Shown here one piece after another: positions 25,700 to 38,259 of a stretch of 64,000 nt of DNA (its first letter is position 1; every line of letters starts with the position of its first letter). The translations under genes were made by a program, and so were the position numbers. This DNA comes from Nageia nagi (taxonomy: Eukaryota; Plantae; Pinophyta): the NCBI GenBank assembly GCA_050084985.1, contig JBITNC010000002.1, positions 35,960,001 through 36,024,000 on the forward strand, in the 5' to 3' direction. The notes below the pieces were generated by a model. The model made no database searches. It was given only the letters and a program-made list of their open reading frames with translations, and was not told the DNA's origin.

Positions 25700-28600
25700 T
25701 GTCCATACATAAATCTTGCAAACAACAACATCTCAAAATTTATGAACAACTTGTATACTTTATAAGGTCCAAATTGATGACCAACTAACTAAATAGGTAA
25801 GATTGATAAATATTTACTTCCATTTGTAAATTCAAATTTGATAGAGATAAGGTCTTGATCCAATAGCTATGTCATCATTGTTGTATTATTTATCTCACTT
25901 TCTCTTGTTATTGTTATGCTCAATGGTCAAACTCTACACTCTATTTTATATTATTTATTCATATTAAAAATATATGCTTTAATTGACCTATATCAATTTT
26001 AATTATATACATAAATTGGTGAACCCAACTTCTTGAGTTAGGTTACTATTGTCTAATTATATTTTCCATGACTCTTTGCATGCATAACCTAGTTTGGATA
26101 TCATACTTTCATTAAAGTCAAATCTTTGTAAATTATCATTGTATTTTAGTTGTCATAGTTATTTCTTTTTCATGACTTAGCCTAAATCTAGTTACCAATT
26201 GTAATTTCATGAAAAGGAATCATTATTTCTAAGATTGCATTCTTTATGCATATTTTTTGAAAATCCTATATCTAAATCACAATTTTTTTATTGAGATTCA
26301 TCTTAGAAACATTTTTCATTAGTAGGTAATATCATGTTTGAAGCTAACATGAATGAACAAAATTCATCAAGTCCTTAATTGCCTTCTTTAGTAAGAAAAA
26401 AAAAAGAGATCAATTCAAAAATTAAGAAGTGCACAATTGAGATAGAAATATCAAAGTGAAGGCTTAGATTAATAAATTGATGAACCAAGTGAAGAGTCAT
26501 ATCATGGAGATATCAAAGATGAGGAAAATCATATACAAGTAAAATATTTCGAGAATCAATTACAAAATTAGGATCAGTATCGAATTCCAAAGATAAATCA
26601 AAATCTCTAATTGATAGAAAAAAACATTTCAAATAAAAAAATATGATGCAAGAGTTGGCTAATGATCCTTATGCATTGTGATAATTTATTTTGGATACTA
26701 GGATTTATGAAAATATCATAGATATTTATAAGGATTGTGGTATTTTTGAATCTAAAGAAATCATGAAACATTAGTATGACAAGAAAGAAGATCATATGAA
26801 ACTTCATAATTTATAGTTATAAGAATCTCGTATTTCATATAATGTTGGTATAACATCATCATTGATGAAATATTTATGATAATATTATTAATATTTTTAT
26901 AACATCTAGTAATCATGATGAATCATCTCATTTAAAGGAGTACAAATAAGGTGTTGGTGATATAACCATGATAACTTGTCAAAGAAGAATTTGATAATGA
27001 TTTGAATTATTTATTCATAATTTTCTAATAGAAAATACTCTTCTGTACTATGCTTCATATCAACTTATCTTTTCACTTCACCTTGCATCATGCGATGATG
27101 CATGATTAGAACCATGAGCTAGTGCATAGAAGCCAAATAATTCAACTGTAGAAAATTGAGTTGAGAACTTGGGATATAGAGTAGAGAAAACTTCAAATGT
27201 TGATATAGAAATATTATTAATAAAAGCCCACATAATGTAAAGCTAGGAACTCCCTTAGGGTGATGGTAGATTGATGCAAGAAATTAATGTATAATTAAAT
27301 GAAAAAATGCTTTAAGAAGAAATGTAAGTAGAATAAGAACATGAACCACAAAAGGGATAAGCAATTATAGTTGAAGATTAAAATGATGAAGTAAAGGAAG
27401 AATTTATTCACCTTAATGAAAGATATAAGGATGGTGACCAACCAAGAAGATATCCTATTTCAGAAGGATTAGAAAGGATTAATAAAAGAAAAAATGATGA
27501 GCATCCAATTAAGAAAAATAAATCTGACTTGATGACAAATCAATTAAAAAAATACAACTCTTATTGATCAATATAAAATATTGGATTCTCTTATTACAAA
27601 CTTAGATAAAGAAAGACTCTTCATAACATGAATATTTGTTTACTTAAGGTCTCAAACTAATAAAGGAAAAATACCAATTCCATTACAAGCAAATTATAAA
27701 TTATTCAAAATCAGCTAAAACATTAATGTACACAATAATCCTTCATTTTGTACCATTGAAGTACCTAACTTCTTAATATGGTAGTAAATTTGATATGATT
27801 ATTATATTGAGAATGGAGCCTGATCAAATTGTTTAAGGAAGAAAATAGCTCTCTGTTTTGTAATTGACATGCATAGAATTGATATTAATAACCAGATAAA
27901 GGATCTATCAAGACCAACTGGTTGATAGGGGGTTGATTAGTAGGATCATTTAGTTAATCAGTGTAATTGGCCTAGTGATGATTGATCTAACAAACCCAAT
28001 CGACCAGATGATGGTCGATTGTGTACTAGAGACATAAACACTTAAATTTGAGATATACAAATAAATTTTTTACCTTTTTTATTCTTATATATATATGTTG
28101 CTTTGTGAGGCAAATTTATTAGTTGTAAAATCACTCCAAAAAGAAGTAAGAAAAATATAATGTGTGGATCTATATATGGATTGTAATTCATTGTAGAATT
28201 CATGTTTTTGGGAATGGGATATGATTTGCATTGGTAAGGAATTATAAGAGGATAGTAAATCCTTGGGAGAAAAATTATTGTAGTAAGGAAAAATTCTTGT
28301 AAACTAAAGAGGAAGGTACAATAATTTGGCTGTTTCCTTTTGGTGTCTTGGATTGATTAATCAAGGAAATTAATATTCTTTATGGATTTAGTGTACAGTA
28401 GGTGAAACATGTTACATAGTTTGTCATCTCTTATTTATGTAATCTTGTTTGCTTAATTTTTCTTTTGGACTTAAAGTAGATTAATTGTTCAACTATATTT
28501 TATATAATGAATCTTAATACGCTAGTGATTTTTTTGAAATACCAATTATTCTCTAATATAAATAGGTATTTTATGGCATTTGAAATATATTTATGAAATA

Positions 28601-30700
28601 TTGGTAATTTAAAAGAGGAAGTCGCCATTTTTTCTATTGAAAACTTTAGCAATTTTTCATGTTTTATTAATATTTGTATCCAATTTCTTATCTTTTCATT
28701 GGTTCTTATTCAGGTCTTACCTTTATCTCTTTCCATGTGGATATAAAAAAGGCTTTGCTAACTATTTCAAACATCCCTTAGTGATTTTCTTATAAGTATT
28801 ATTATGTTACTTCTTTTGATAAATTACCTATAATCTTGCATCTTTTTCTTAAACTACTATTATTTTCAAAAGTTTGGTTCAATTTTAGGTTGTTGTATTG
28901 CATGAGTGGCATGGAGTGACCGATAGATATCATCTTAGGATTACACTTACTTCTACATCAATTTTTGACATGAAGGTCTTTATTATATAAACTATGCTTC
29001 TTCGTAAATATTTGGCTATTACCATTTTTTTTCTAGTTCTTTGTCTTTGGGATTTTGAGTTTGGACATCTTTTGGGATTGTATCTTAATTTATGAAGGTT
29101 AATCTTGTCCTTCTTTTTATTTATTTTTTTGACCTTGGATTCCTATAATTGATCTTAGTTCCTTTATAATTCTTTCATATTCATTATTTCATCAAAAGAT
29201 GGTGATTCCTTTTATAGCAATTTAGGTGTTTCTTTATTATTATCAATTTTTTTCATAGGTATTTTTGTAGCAATTATGTGGGGTAGGAAATATGTCCAAA
29301 TCAAAAAGTTCTCCTCCATAATGTTTATTTTCTAATAAGTTATTATTTTAATTCACCTAAATTTTGTGGTATTGTGTTGTTCACCAAGTTTTCACCTAAA
29401 TTTTGATGATGATACATTAATTTTATTTTGTACTTCTTTTTCCTTAAGGTAATTAGGGAATGCATTTTATAGACATGTAGTTTCATTAATTATTTTTTCA
29501 TTTCTTTGAAATTCACTAGTAGTGGAGTCACCATCTTTTTAGGTGATTCCAACTCTTAAATGTATGTCTCTTTGATAACCTAATCATTTGTCCCATGTAT
29601 AATGAAATTATTAGTGATCCTTCTCTTTTATTATATGTTTTCATTTATAATTTTATTTATGTTATATTCCTTTATTAATTTTATCTCTTATTCATTCTCA
29701 AATATGTCATGTTCTCTAAAAACCTACTTTCCTTTCTTGTTTTAATTTTCTTCGTTCCCATTTTTTCAATTTTTTCAAATATTTATAAAGCATATGTGTT
29801 TCTTTTTTTTCTCCATCTACCTTCTCTATTGTACAAATCCCCTTTTATTTCCCATCCTGTTAATCTCTTCCTTTCTATTATTTATTTTCTTATTCTCTCC
29901 TATTTATATTTCACATCAATGTCCCTCTATAATCATCACCTCCTCCCTTTTGAAGTGACATGATTTTTTTTTCAAGGATACTTAGTTTTGTTTAATTTAT
30001 TTTAACTAAATAGTTTACCTTATATGGACCCTTTTGATTTTAGTATTTATTCTTCCCTAATTTGTGTCATATTGGTCATTCTTTTCCCTAACATTGCCCC
30101 TATGCAAGATAGAAGAAAGCAACGTGAGTGACTCCTTCCTTTATTATATATTATTTATAAATCAATTATAAATTTTCAAAGAAACTTTTTCATGATCATT
30201 GGAAAAAATATTTCATATCCAACATTCCAAGATACATAATATTATAACATAAATTTATAATGTTGGTATTGAGGGTGTTTGCTACCAAGTTGTCAATTGG
30301 TTTTATTGAAGGCTCTTTGGAAGTAAGGAGTTTCTTTAAAAAAAATTGTCTACTTAATGGGTTTTAATAATTTTTATCAACTTGGGTATTTTTTACCCAA
30401 TTGTCACTTCCAATTGCTTCTTGATCCAAATGTGGATTAGCTCAAAAATTTCACACAAAAAACACTCTTAAATTTCATCGCCATCAATTAAGCTATCTGC
30501 TTTAACTATTTCAAGATTGGTTATTTTAATGATCCAATTCTTGAATTCTTTTTATTATTTCATTAACCATATTTGAATTGATTTAATACTTAGACAAAAT
30601 ATAGTTCTTTCATTAGGGTCTTTTAACATAACTAATTTGACAAAGTCCTTGCAATAAAAGTATTAGTTATTATAGTGATCTCTTAAGAATGCAACTATTA
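25700..30700. mobile_element. Highly decayed Gypsy-like LTR retrotransposon debris
   Basis: PBS-like TGGTGAACCCAACTT at 26017, similar to the one at 53313. Minus-strand TGGCGAC/TGGTGACTCCACT PBS-like motifs at ~28621 and ~29521. Boundaries cannot be resolved. Confidence 0.4.
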
Positions 30701-30844
30701 GTGTCCATTTTACTTGCTAAAGTAATGTTGATAGGTCATAAAGAGTACAAGTAATGATAATGCAAAAATTATAAGTGAGATGATTTTATTAATAATACAC
30801 ATTTTCATACATAATATTATATAATTCACTCAAATTCTCTAGTG

Positions 30845-30848
<4 letters not shown>

Positions 30849-30904
<56 letters not shown>
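30849..30904. repeat. (TA)n microsatellite in unit 1
   Basis: Direct inspection. Confidence 0.97.
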
Positions 30905-30906
<2 letters not shown>

Positions 30907-33199
30907 GATTATTGTTATGACTTATCATTTCTTATTTCCTATGTATTTATCATTTCTTCATAGTTTGGTTTCTAATATTTGTAACAAATTCTTATTCTAA
31001 TGATTAGTGATGATTCGTCACTTCTTTTGGCGATTCATTAGTTAAATTTAGTCTTTGAATTCATTATTTTTTCTGATGATTTATTTTTACTTTACTATGT
31101 GTGGTGATTCTTGGATAGTTTGAATAATCAATAAGAGGTGTTTGGAATTTTATCCTACTAGCAAGTACTAATAAACCATCTAAATAATTTTTGTAAGTAT
31201 GCAAACTATAAAAAACCATGTAAATGATTTCTAAGGAGGTGAAAACATGCTCACAAATCTCAAAGGTAAAATACGATATAATTATGTCCTTTTTATCATT
31301 TTAACTTTCATCTCATATTGTATTATTTATTTTATGAAACTTAAATGAAGCATGGTATTAATTGATTCAATAACCATCATTCTTAGATATCATAGAAGCC
31401 CCAAAATATTTTACTAAAACTATTTAGTTCAGATGTTTACAGTTCTTACTTCCTTTCATTCCTAACATGGTGATGCAAGATAAAACCATCTTCTTTGTTG
31501 ATGTATTGATTAAGATGAAAATAAACTTATCTCCAACCTTATTTTGAGTGATCCCTTTTATTTATATACAATGATATTTATTTAAGAATGTTTACTTTGA
31601 CTTGACTTTGAATTTCAGTTCTTGAAAAAGTAATGTTGATAGGTCATAAAGAGTACAAGTAATGATAATGCAAAAATTAGAAGTGAGCTGATTTATTAAT
31701 AATACACATTTTCATACATAAATTACTAATTAACTCAAATTCTCTAGTGATTATATATATAATGATTCTTGTTATGACTTAACATTTCTTATTTCCTATG
31801 TCTTTATCATTTCTTCATAGTTTGGTTTCTAATATTTGTATCAAATTCTTATTCTAATGATTAGTGATGATTCATCACTTCTTTTGGTGATTCCTTAGTT
31901 AAATTTAGTCTTTTAATTCATTATTTTTTTTGATGATTCATTTTTACTTTACTATGTGTGGTGATTCTTTGCATAGTTTAAATAATCAATAAGAGGTGTT
32001 TGAAATTTTCTCCTACTAAAAAGTACTAATAAACCATCTAAATATTTTTTGTAAGTATACAAACTATACAAAACCATGTAAATGATTTCTAAGGAGGTGG
32101 AAACATGCTCACAAATCTCAAAGGTAAAATACAAAATAATTATGTCCTTTTTATCATTTTAAGTTTCATCTGATATTGTATTGTTTTCTTTTATGAAACT
32201 TAAATGAACCAAGGGATTAACTGATTCAATAAACATCATTCTTAGATATCATAGAAGCCCCAATATATTTTAATAAAAATATTTAGTTCAAATGTTTCCA
32301 ATTCTTACTTCCTTTCATTCCTAACATGGTGATGCAAGATAAAACCATCTTCTTTGTTGATGTATTGATTAAGATGAAAATTAACTTATCTTCAACCTTG
32401 TTTTGAGTGATCCCTTTTATTTATATACAATGATATTTATTTAAGAATGTTTACTTTGACTTGACTTTGAATTTTGGTTCTTGAAAAAGTAATGTTGATA
32501 GGTCATAAAGAGTACAAGTAATGATAATGCAAAAATTAGAAGTGAGCTGATTTTATTAATAATACACATTTTCATATATAAATTATTAATTCACTCAAAT
32601 TCTCTAGTGATTATATATATAATGATTCTTGTTATGACTTAACATTTCTTATTTCCTATGTCTTTATCATTTCTTCATAGTTTGGTTTCTAATATTTGTA
32701 TCAAATTCTTATTCTAATTATTAGTGATGATTCATCACTTCTTTTGGTGATTCCTTAGTTAAATTTAGTCTTTGAATTCATTATTTTTTTTTATGATTCA
32801 TTTTTACTTTACTATGTGTGGTGATTCTTGCATAGTTTAAATAATAAATAAGAGGTGTTTGGAATTTTCTCTTACTAACAAGTACTAGTAAACCATCTAA
32901 ATATTTTTTGTAAGTATACAAACTATACAAAACCATGTAAAAGATTTCTAAGGAGGTGGAAACATGCTCACAAATATCAAAGGTAAAATAAGATATAATT
33001 ATGTCCTTTTTTATCATTTTAACTTTCATCTCATATTGTATTGTTTTCTTTTATGAAACTTAAATGAAGCAAGGGATTAATTGATTCAATAAACATCATT
33101 CTTAGATATCATAGAAGCTTCAAAATATTTTACTAAAAATATTTAGTTCAAATGTTTACAATTCTTACTTCCTTTCATTCCTAACATGGTGATGTCAAA

Positions 33200-36100
33200 T
33201 GTATACACTTAAAAATGATTTATTATGTATTTAATAAATCATATTTAGACTTATGTTATGACCCCATAACATGTATTAGGAATAGTACTTGTGTTTAGTT
33301 CCATATGCACTATGCATTGGGTTACTTATGTTGTAAAAGCTATTTATAGGGGGTTCCCCTATTATTAAAAAGGAAAAAAGGAATGAGTTGAGTTTTTTGT
33401 AAGAATTGATTCTTAAGGAGGTGCCCCCTCAAAGTAGTGCAATGATCCATTAGTGTAGAGTTAGTATATTTTTGTAGGAATAAGCCATAATTGGATTACG
33501 ATCTATTAGGATCTTAACATTTAGTATTAGAGTTTAGATTTTAGATCTTATGAGTATTTTTATTGTTAATGTGAGTGGTTTTTTATTATCTATGAGTGGT
33601 TTTGTGTGTTAAGTAGTTTTGGATGGTTTTGGAGTTTTGAGTGGTTTTAGTTGTTTGGGTAGATTTATGTAGTGCGGGCCCATTTTGTCTTTTTGGTAGG
33701 TTTATGGGAGATCTAGAGTAGAAGCCCATGAGTGAAAGCAGATTCAAGTAGAAAATGCATTTGCAGCAGTTTCATTGGTAGAAGACATCCTAAAAGGATT
33801 CAAGGCTATGCATGGGCATTTAGAGGTAGATCCCATGAAGCAAGTGGCAAGGGTGGTTGCATTCGATTTGTATAATGCATGAGTAAGGTTGTGGAAGAGA
33901 AGTGGTAGTGGTGTAGGAGTGGCAAGGCAAAAAGTAACCCTAACATCTGCAAATTTGGTTATTGGGATGGAAAGTAGCGAGATCTAAACTGTGTAGGTTT
34001 TTACAAGATTAAATAAGGCCTTATGAGTATTTGGGATTTTCACACCAACATCATTCAATATTGGGATAAATTACATATTAGAGGGTTTAATCAAAGATTA
34101 GAAGGCTTAGAGCTACAATATCATCATTTCAGTTTGTGGAGTTTCATCTTTAATTTCTGTAAGGATATGTATTTCTTATTTTGGCTTTTGGGTGTTTGTT
34201 ATTAGTCCAAAAGGGGTCATGTGACAAGTCATTTTGCATGCTCTCTTCAAGATATTTCCAATGATGTATCACTTGCATCAATCGAAGACCTATAGCAAAA
34301 GTTATGGTATTTGGAAGGTTTCCCGATATTACATTTTTTTTTCAATTTTTTGTAAAGAGGTCCTTTTTTGAGGTTGTGAACAAGACCTATTGGACACTCT
34401 AAATTAGGATATTTAGAGTAGTTAAAAAAATGGCTTACATGTATCCTCATCAAACATATTTGGTGAAACACTATCACATTGAATTTACCAGATTTTATGC
34501 TTTCAATGGATTTCATGTGGACACATACAAAGATTGCTTCATTCAAGGATTACATGAAGACATTAAGCCTAAGGTTATCATGTGGAGTCCCAAAACTTGG
34601 TATGATGCTTATTGTCTTACCAATGTTGCAGAAGACATGCGTGCCTCTCATAAGAAAGTTGTTGTAGTGCCCAAGGAGGAGAAGATCTATGAGAAGAACT
34701 CTCAAGATTTTCGAGAAGCACTATCTGAACTTGAGGATACATTTTCAAAGGGATTGACACTTATTCAAGAGGCATTAGCCAAGGAGGATTTTTTTAAGGA
34801 GTTGATGGAGCATCTTGAGGAAACACCTATACATCCTTTTGAAGACCACCCCATTGTTGATGAGTTTCTTGAGGATTTAGTGGAGTTAGTTTCTTCTAGT
34901 CCCATGGAGTAGGTTGTAGAGTGTGAGGATATTCCTTTCACTTATATCACTATGGATGATATAGGGTCGCATGTTTTCTTCGAGCACCCACCATAGGACT
35001 ATTTAACGTAGTAACAACAACATGATGGATTCTTTATTGATTCATTTGGAGCCTTCTTTTTGTTTGCTTCTTGACATCAACATCATCCTTCTTGGAGTGG
35101 ATTTTTGATACATGGATGGGCTCATGTTCATCTTTGGTGCATTGTTGGCTACTATGGCCAATTTGGACTCCTTGGTTCCCTTTTGTCTTTGTTATTCATG
35201 GACAAATTGTACATGTACTTTGTATTTTTGGCAAGCTCTGAGGATAAAGCTTGTCAAAGGGGGTAAGAATGTTATGACTCCCCTTAGTAGATTAGGTGTG
35301 TGGTGTGTATTACATTTTTTTAGTGTGTGGTGTGTAGAATCTTTGAGGAAAACTTCTTAAGGGGTTGGCAATGTTATGACCCCACAATATGTATTAGGAA
35401 TAGTACTTGTGTTTAGTTCCATATGCACTATGCATTGGGTTAGTTATGTTGTAAAAGCTATTTATAGGGGGTTTCCCTATTATTAAAAAGGAAAAAAGAA
35501 ATGAGTTGAGTTTTTTGTGAGAATTGATTCTCAAGGAGGTGCCCCTCTCGAACCGACGTAAGTAATCCATTAGTATAGAGTTAGTATATTTTTGTAGGAA
35601 TACGCCATAATCCGATTACGATCCATTAGGATTGTAACAACTTCCTAAATGAATTATTACAATATTACAAATATTAAAATAAAATTGATATTACAATGCA
35701 ACACCATGTGTTATATTAAATGCTATATCATTTATCATGGTTTATATTTTAAAGTATCTTGAATATAACAAAATTTATATTATTGCTAGAGGTCAACTTT
35801 TACTCCTTTCTATGTCCTTGTAGGCTATATATGCGAGTAGAATAGGTTGACCTCCATAGATTGAAACTCTTTAATATGACAAGAAATCTGATAGATGGTT
35901 GTCAACTGTAATCTTCATCAAGCTACAGTATCTTTCAACATCAACTATCATGAGAAATTGTTATACTGTGATCTTTGGAACTTTCTATCTTTAGCACACA
36001 TCATAATTCTGCATATTCTATGCCATCAATGATGTGCATCTTCTAGATTGGGGGTTCTAGATTTCAGTGATCGAGCTGTTGATGCATGTACACGAAGATC

Positions 36101-36309
36101 CATTGCAAACTCACCATAAATTCGATCCCAATCCTTCAAAGATTCATTGCTATTTACAGTTGAGGATTGTATATACACTTCATATCAGGTTCATGGGTTT
36201 CATGTATACTGGTTGTAATCTTATATAGTGTTCATGTCTATTTCTTCTTATATTGTAGATCGATTTATTTATTATTTATATTTGTATTTTACACAATTTG
36301 AGGTCTACA
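33200..36309. mobile_element. Gypsy-type solo LTR (~725 bp net) carrying a nested element
   Basis: Termini TGTATACAC...AGGTCTACA interrupt the repeat unit at GATG|CAAGA|TAAAACC. Flanks TCAAA/CTAGA are a decayed TSD. Confidence 0.7.
33254..35639 (+). mobile_element. 2.4-kb non-autonomous Gypsy-derived LTR element with gag remnant only (TR-GAG-like)
   Basis: LTRs at 33254-33519 and 35372-35639. Decayed Met PBS TAGTATTAGAGT at ~33522 and PPT at ~35359-35371. TSD ACTTA/ACTTC. gag-like DCFIQGLHEDIKPKVIMWSPKTWYDAY in ORF 34430-34912. Confidence 0.88.
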
Positions 36310-37499
36310 CTAGATAAAACCATTTTCTTTGTTGATTTATTGATTAAGATGAAAATAAACTTATTTCCAACCTTTTTTTGAGTGATCCCTTTTATTTATA
36401 TACAATGATATTTATTTAAGAGTGTTTACTTTGACTTGTTTTTGAATTTTGGTTCTTGATTCCTCTATATATCTTGCTCAACCTAGGCCTTGACATAAGA
36501 TAATATAATAAGGTCATTATTATTGGTTGTAACTTCTATCATATTTAATTTAAAATTAGATAAATAATATTATGTGTCAATCATTTGACAAAATTTGGAG
36601 GTATGCATTAAATCTATTAACAAGATGCTATGGTGATAAGATTATTAAAATGGAGAATAAGAACACTTTAATTATTTGAGTCCTTGATCATTCTTCCATA
36701 TACTTTGTCTTCAAATAAGGTGCTTTCTATGATGTTTCCTGCAAGATTATTGTTATTGATTGTAATTTATGTGATTTGAAATTAAAAAAAAAGTGTATCA
36801 ATTACTTGATAAAAGCTGGAGGCATACATAAGAGTTGTTGACAAGATGATGAGATAATAAGGTAACCAAAATAAAAGCTGGAGTTCCTTGATTGTATAAG
36901 TCATTAATTATTCATGTATATTTTATGTTTGAATGAAATTCCTTTAACAACCTTCTCATGCAAAACAAATTTAAATTATGAACTTTTACTTTAAAAAATA
37001 TTTCATCATAAATTACAAAACTTGATAAAAACTACATTGAAATAATAAAATAACCCATTGATTTAGTCAACTAAAATATAATCCAAAAAATATTTTTAAA
37101 CATTTAAAAATACTACACATCTTGTTTGTTACCTAAGTCTCTACAAATTTCTTTTAAAATGCTATAAGTAACTTCAATTTTCTAAAAAAGACACTAACAA
37201 CTTTTACAATCCATAAAATAATAAAAATATAATATTAATGAAAGTATAAAATTTCAACAATACAACAACTTATGTTAATAGGGTAACAAAAACAAATGAG
37301 TAGGAAAGCTCTCAAATGTTGAAAAGAGAGACTCAATTCAATTCTTCATCCTTCACATGTGATATATAAAATCCAATTGAAATTTGTTAAGTCTATTGAT
37401 GGGTTTAGACGAATTTGATTAAAAAAAAGAAACTTTAAACATAGATTATAATTTTGAAAAAATAAAATAAAAATAGTAACATTATTTTCAAAATTGTAT

Positions 37500-38052
37500 T
37501 TTAATCTAATGACGTAAGCATTGGATAATCTCTTACTAAACATATTTTTTTAACACGCGGTTAATTTTCTATACACGAAATTCACTTTCACCTTTTAACG
37601 CACCGCGACAAAACTCCTACTCAGCACCACGTCGGTCCACTTACCAGCCATCTACGTCAGCATGCCCGCCAATTCCGACGTGGATTGAAATTCCCCACAT
37701 GACCCAAAAAAGGCCCCGTCACGTTAAACCCAAGAAATCCGCTAAACGACAAAACCAAAGACACAGAACACGAGTCCAACACGTCATCATGAGGTCCCCC
37801 ATCCATGGCATGGCACATGGCATGAACCATCCATATATGGTGCGATCCATCCCCATCATGGCCATGGGCCAAAAACAAATAAATATAGCTTAGCGCACTT
37901 ACACGGGTTTTTGCAGACAGACAGAAAGAAGCATTGCTAGCTCTACTAGCTCTCCTGGGATTCGAACCCTCGACGTCCAAATATCTGAGTATCGCTATAT
38001 TTTCATCTTATAGGGTTTTCAGGGGTGGGATTCGAACCGTCAACGTTCAAAT
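37500..38052 (+). promoter_or_regulatory. CpG-rich promoter/5' UTR with clustered ACGT (bZIP-type) cores, TATA-like box and telo-box
   Basis: ACGT cores at 37512, 37629, 37654, 37678, 37721, 37781, 37973 and 38043. TAAATATA at ~37880. TAGGGTTT at 38011. CpG retained, unlike the flanking DNA. Confidence 0.7.
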
Positions 38053-38259
38053 ATGGTCCAGTTTGTTAGCAATACGGCTCCTCCGGAATCGATGTCGGTG
38101 TTCGCGTCTGTAGCATCTAGGAACACTGATTATACACTTAGTGAAAATATGCAGAAACGTTGTGTAAATTTGAAGGCGGAGATGGAGGAGGAGGAGGCGA
38201 CGGCCGGCCGCTGCCCTTCCCTCTTCAAGAGGACGAAATTTGCAATGCCAAATTCTCAG
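38053..38259 (+). CDS. Exon 1 of the PH-like domain gene
   Basis: ATG (MVQFVS), LKAEMEEE..FKRTK; donor CAG|GTATTG. Confidence 0.8.

Larger units (their letters stand above)
30719..36459. repeat. Tandem triplication of a ~860-bp non-coding unit; unit 3 is interrupted by a solo LTR
   Basis: Units begin AAAGTAATGTTGATAGGTCATAAAGAGTACAAG at 30719, 31627 and 32486. Unit 3 stops at ~33199 and resumes at ~36310-36459. Confidence 0.93.

Noticed and set aside
31952-33029. Two similar small ORFs suggesting a peptide gene family
   Set aside because: They are the same stretch of the tandem non-coding unit, and their lengths and frames are not conserved across copies.
37657-37980. 107-aa antisense ORF and 64-aa sense ORF in the promoter
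   Set aside because: No recognisable homology; expected by chance in GC-richer promoter DNA.
37950-38050. tRNA genes on the minus strand
   Set aside because: Only B-boxes are present; the T-stems pair at 2-3 of 5 positions and there is no A-box or cloverleaf.
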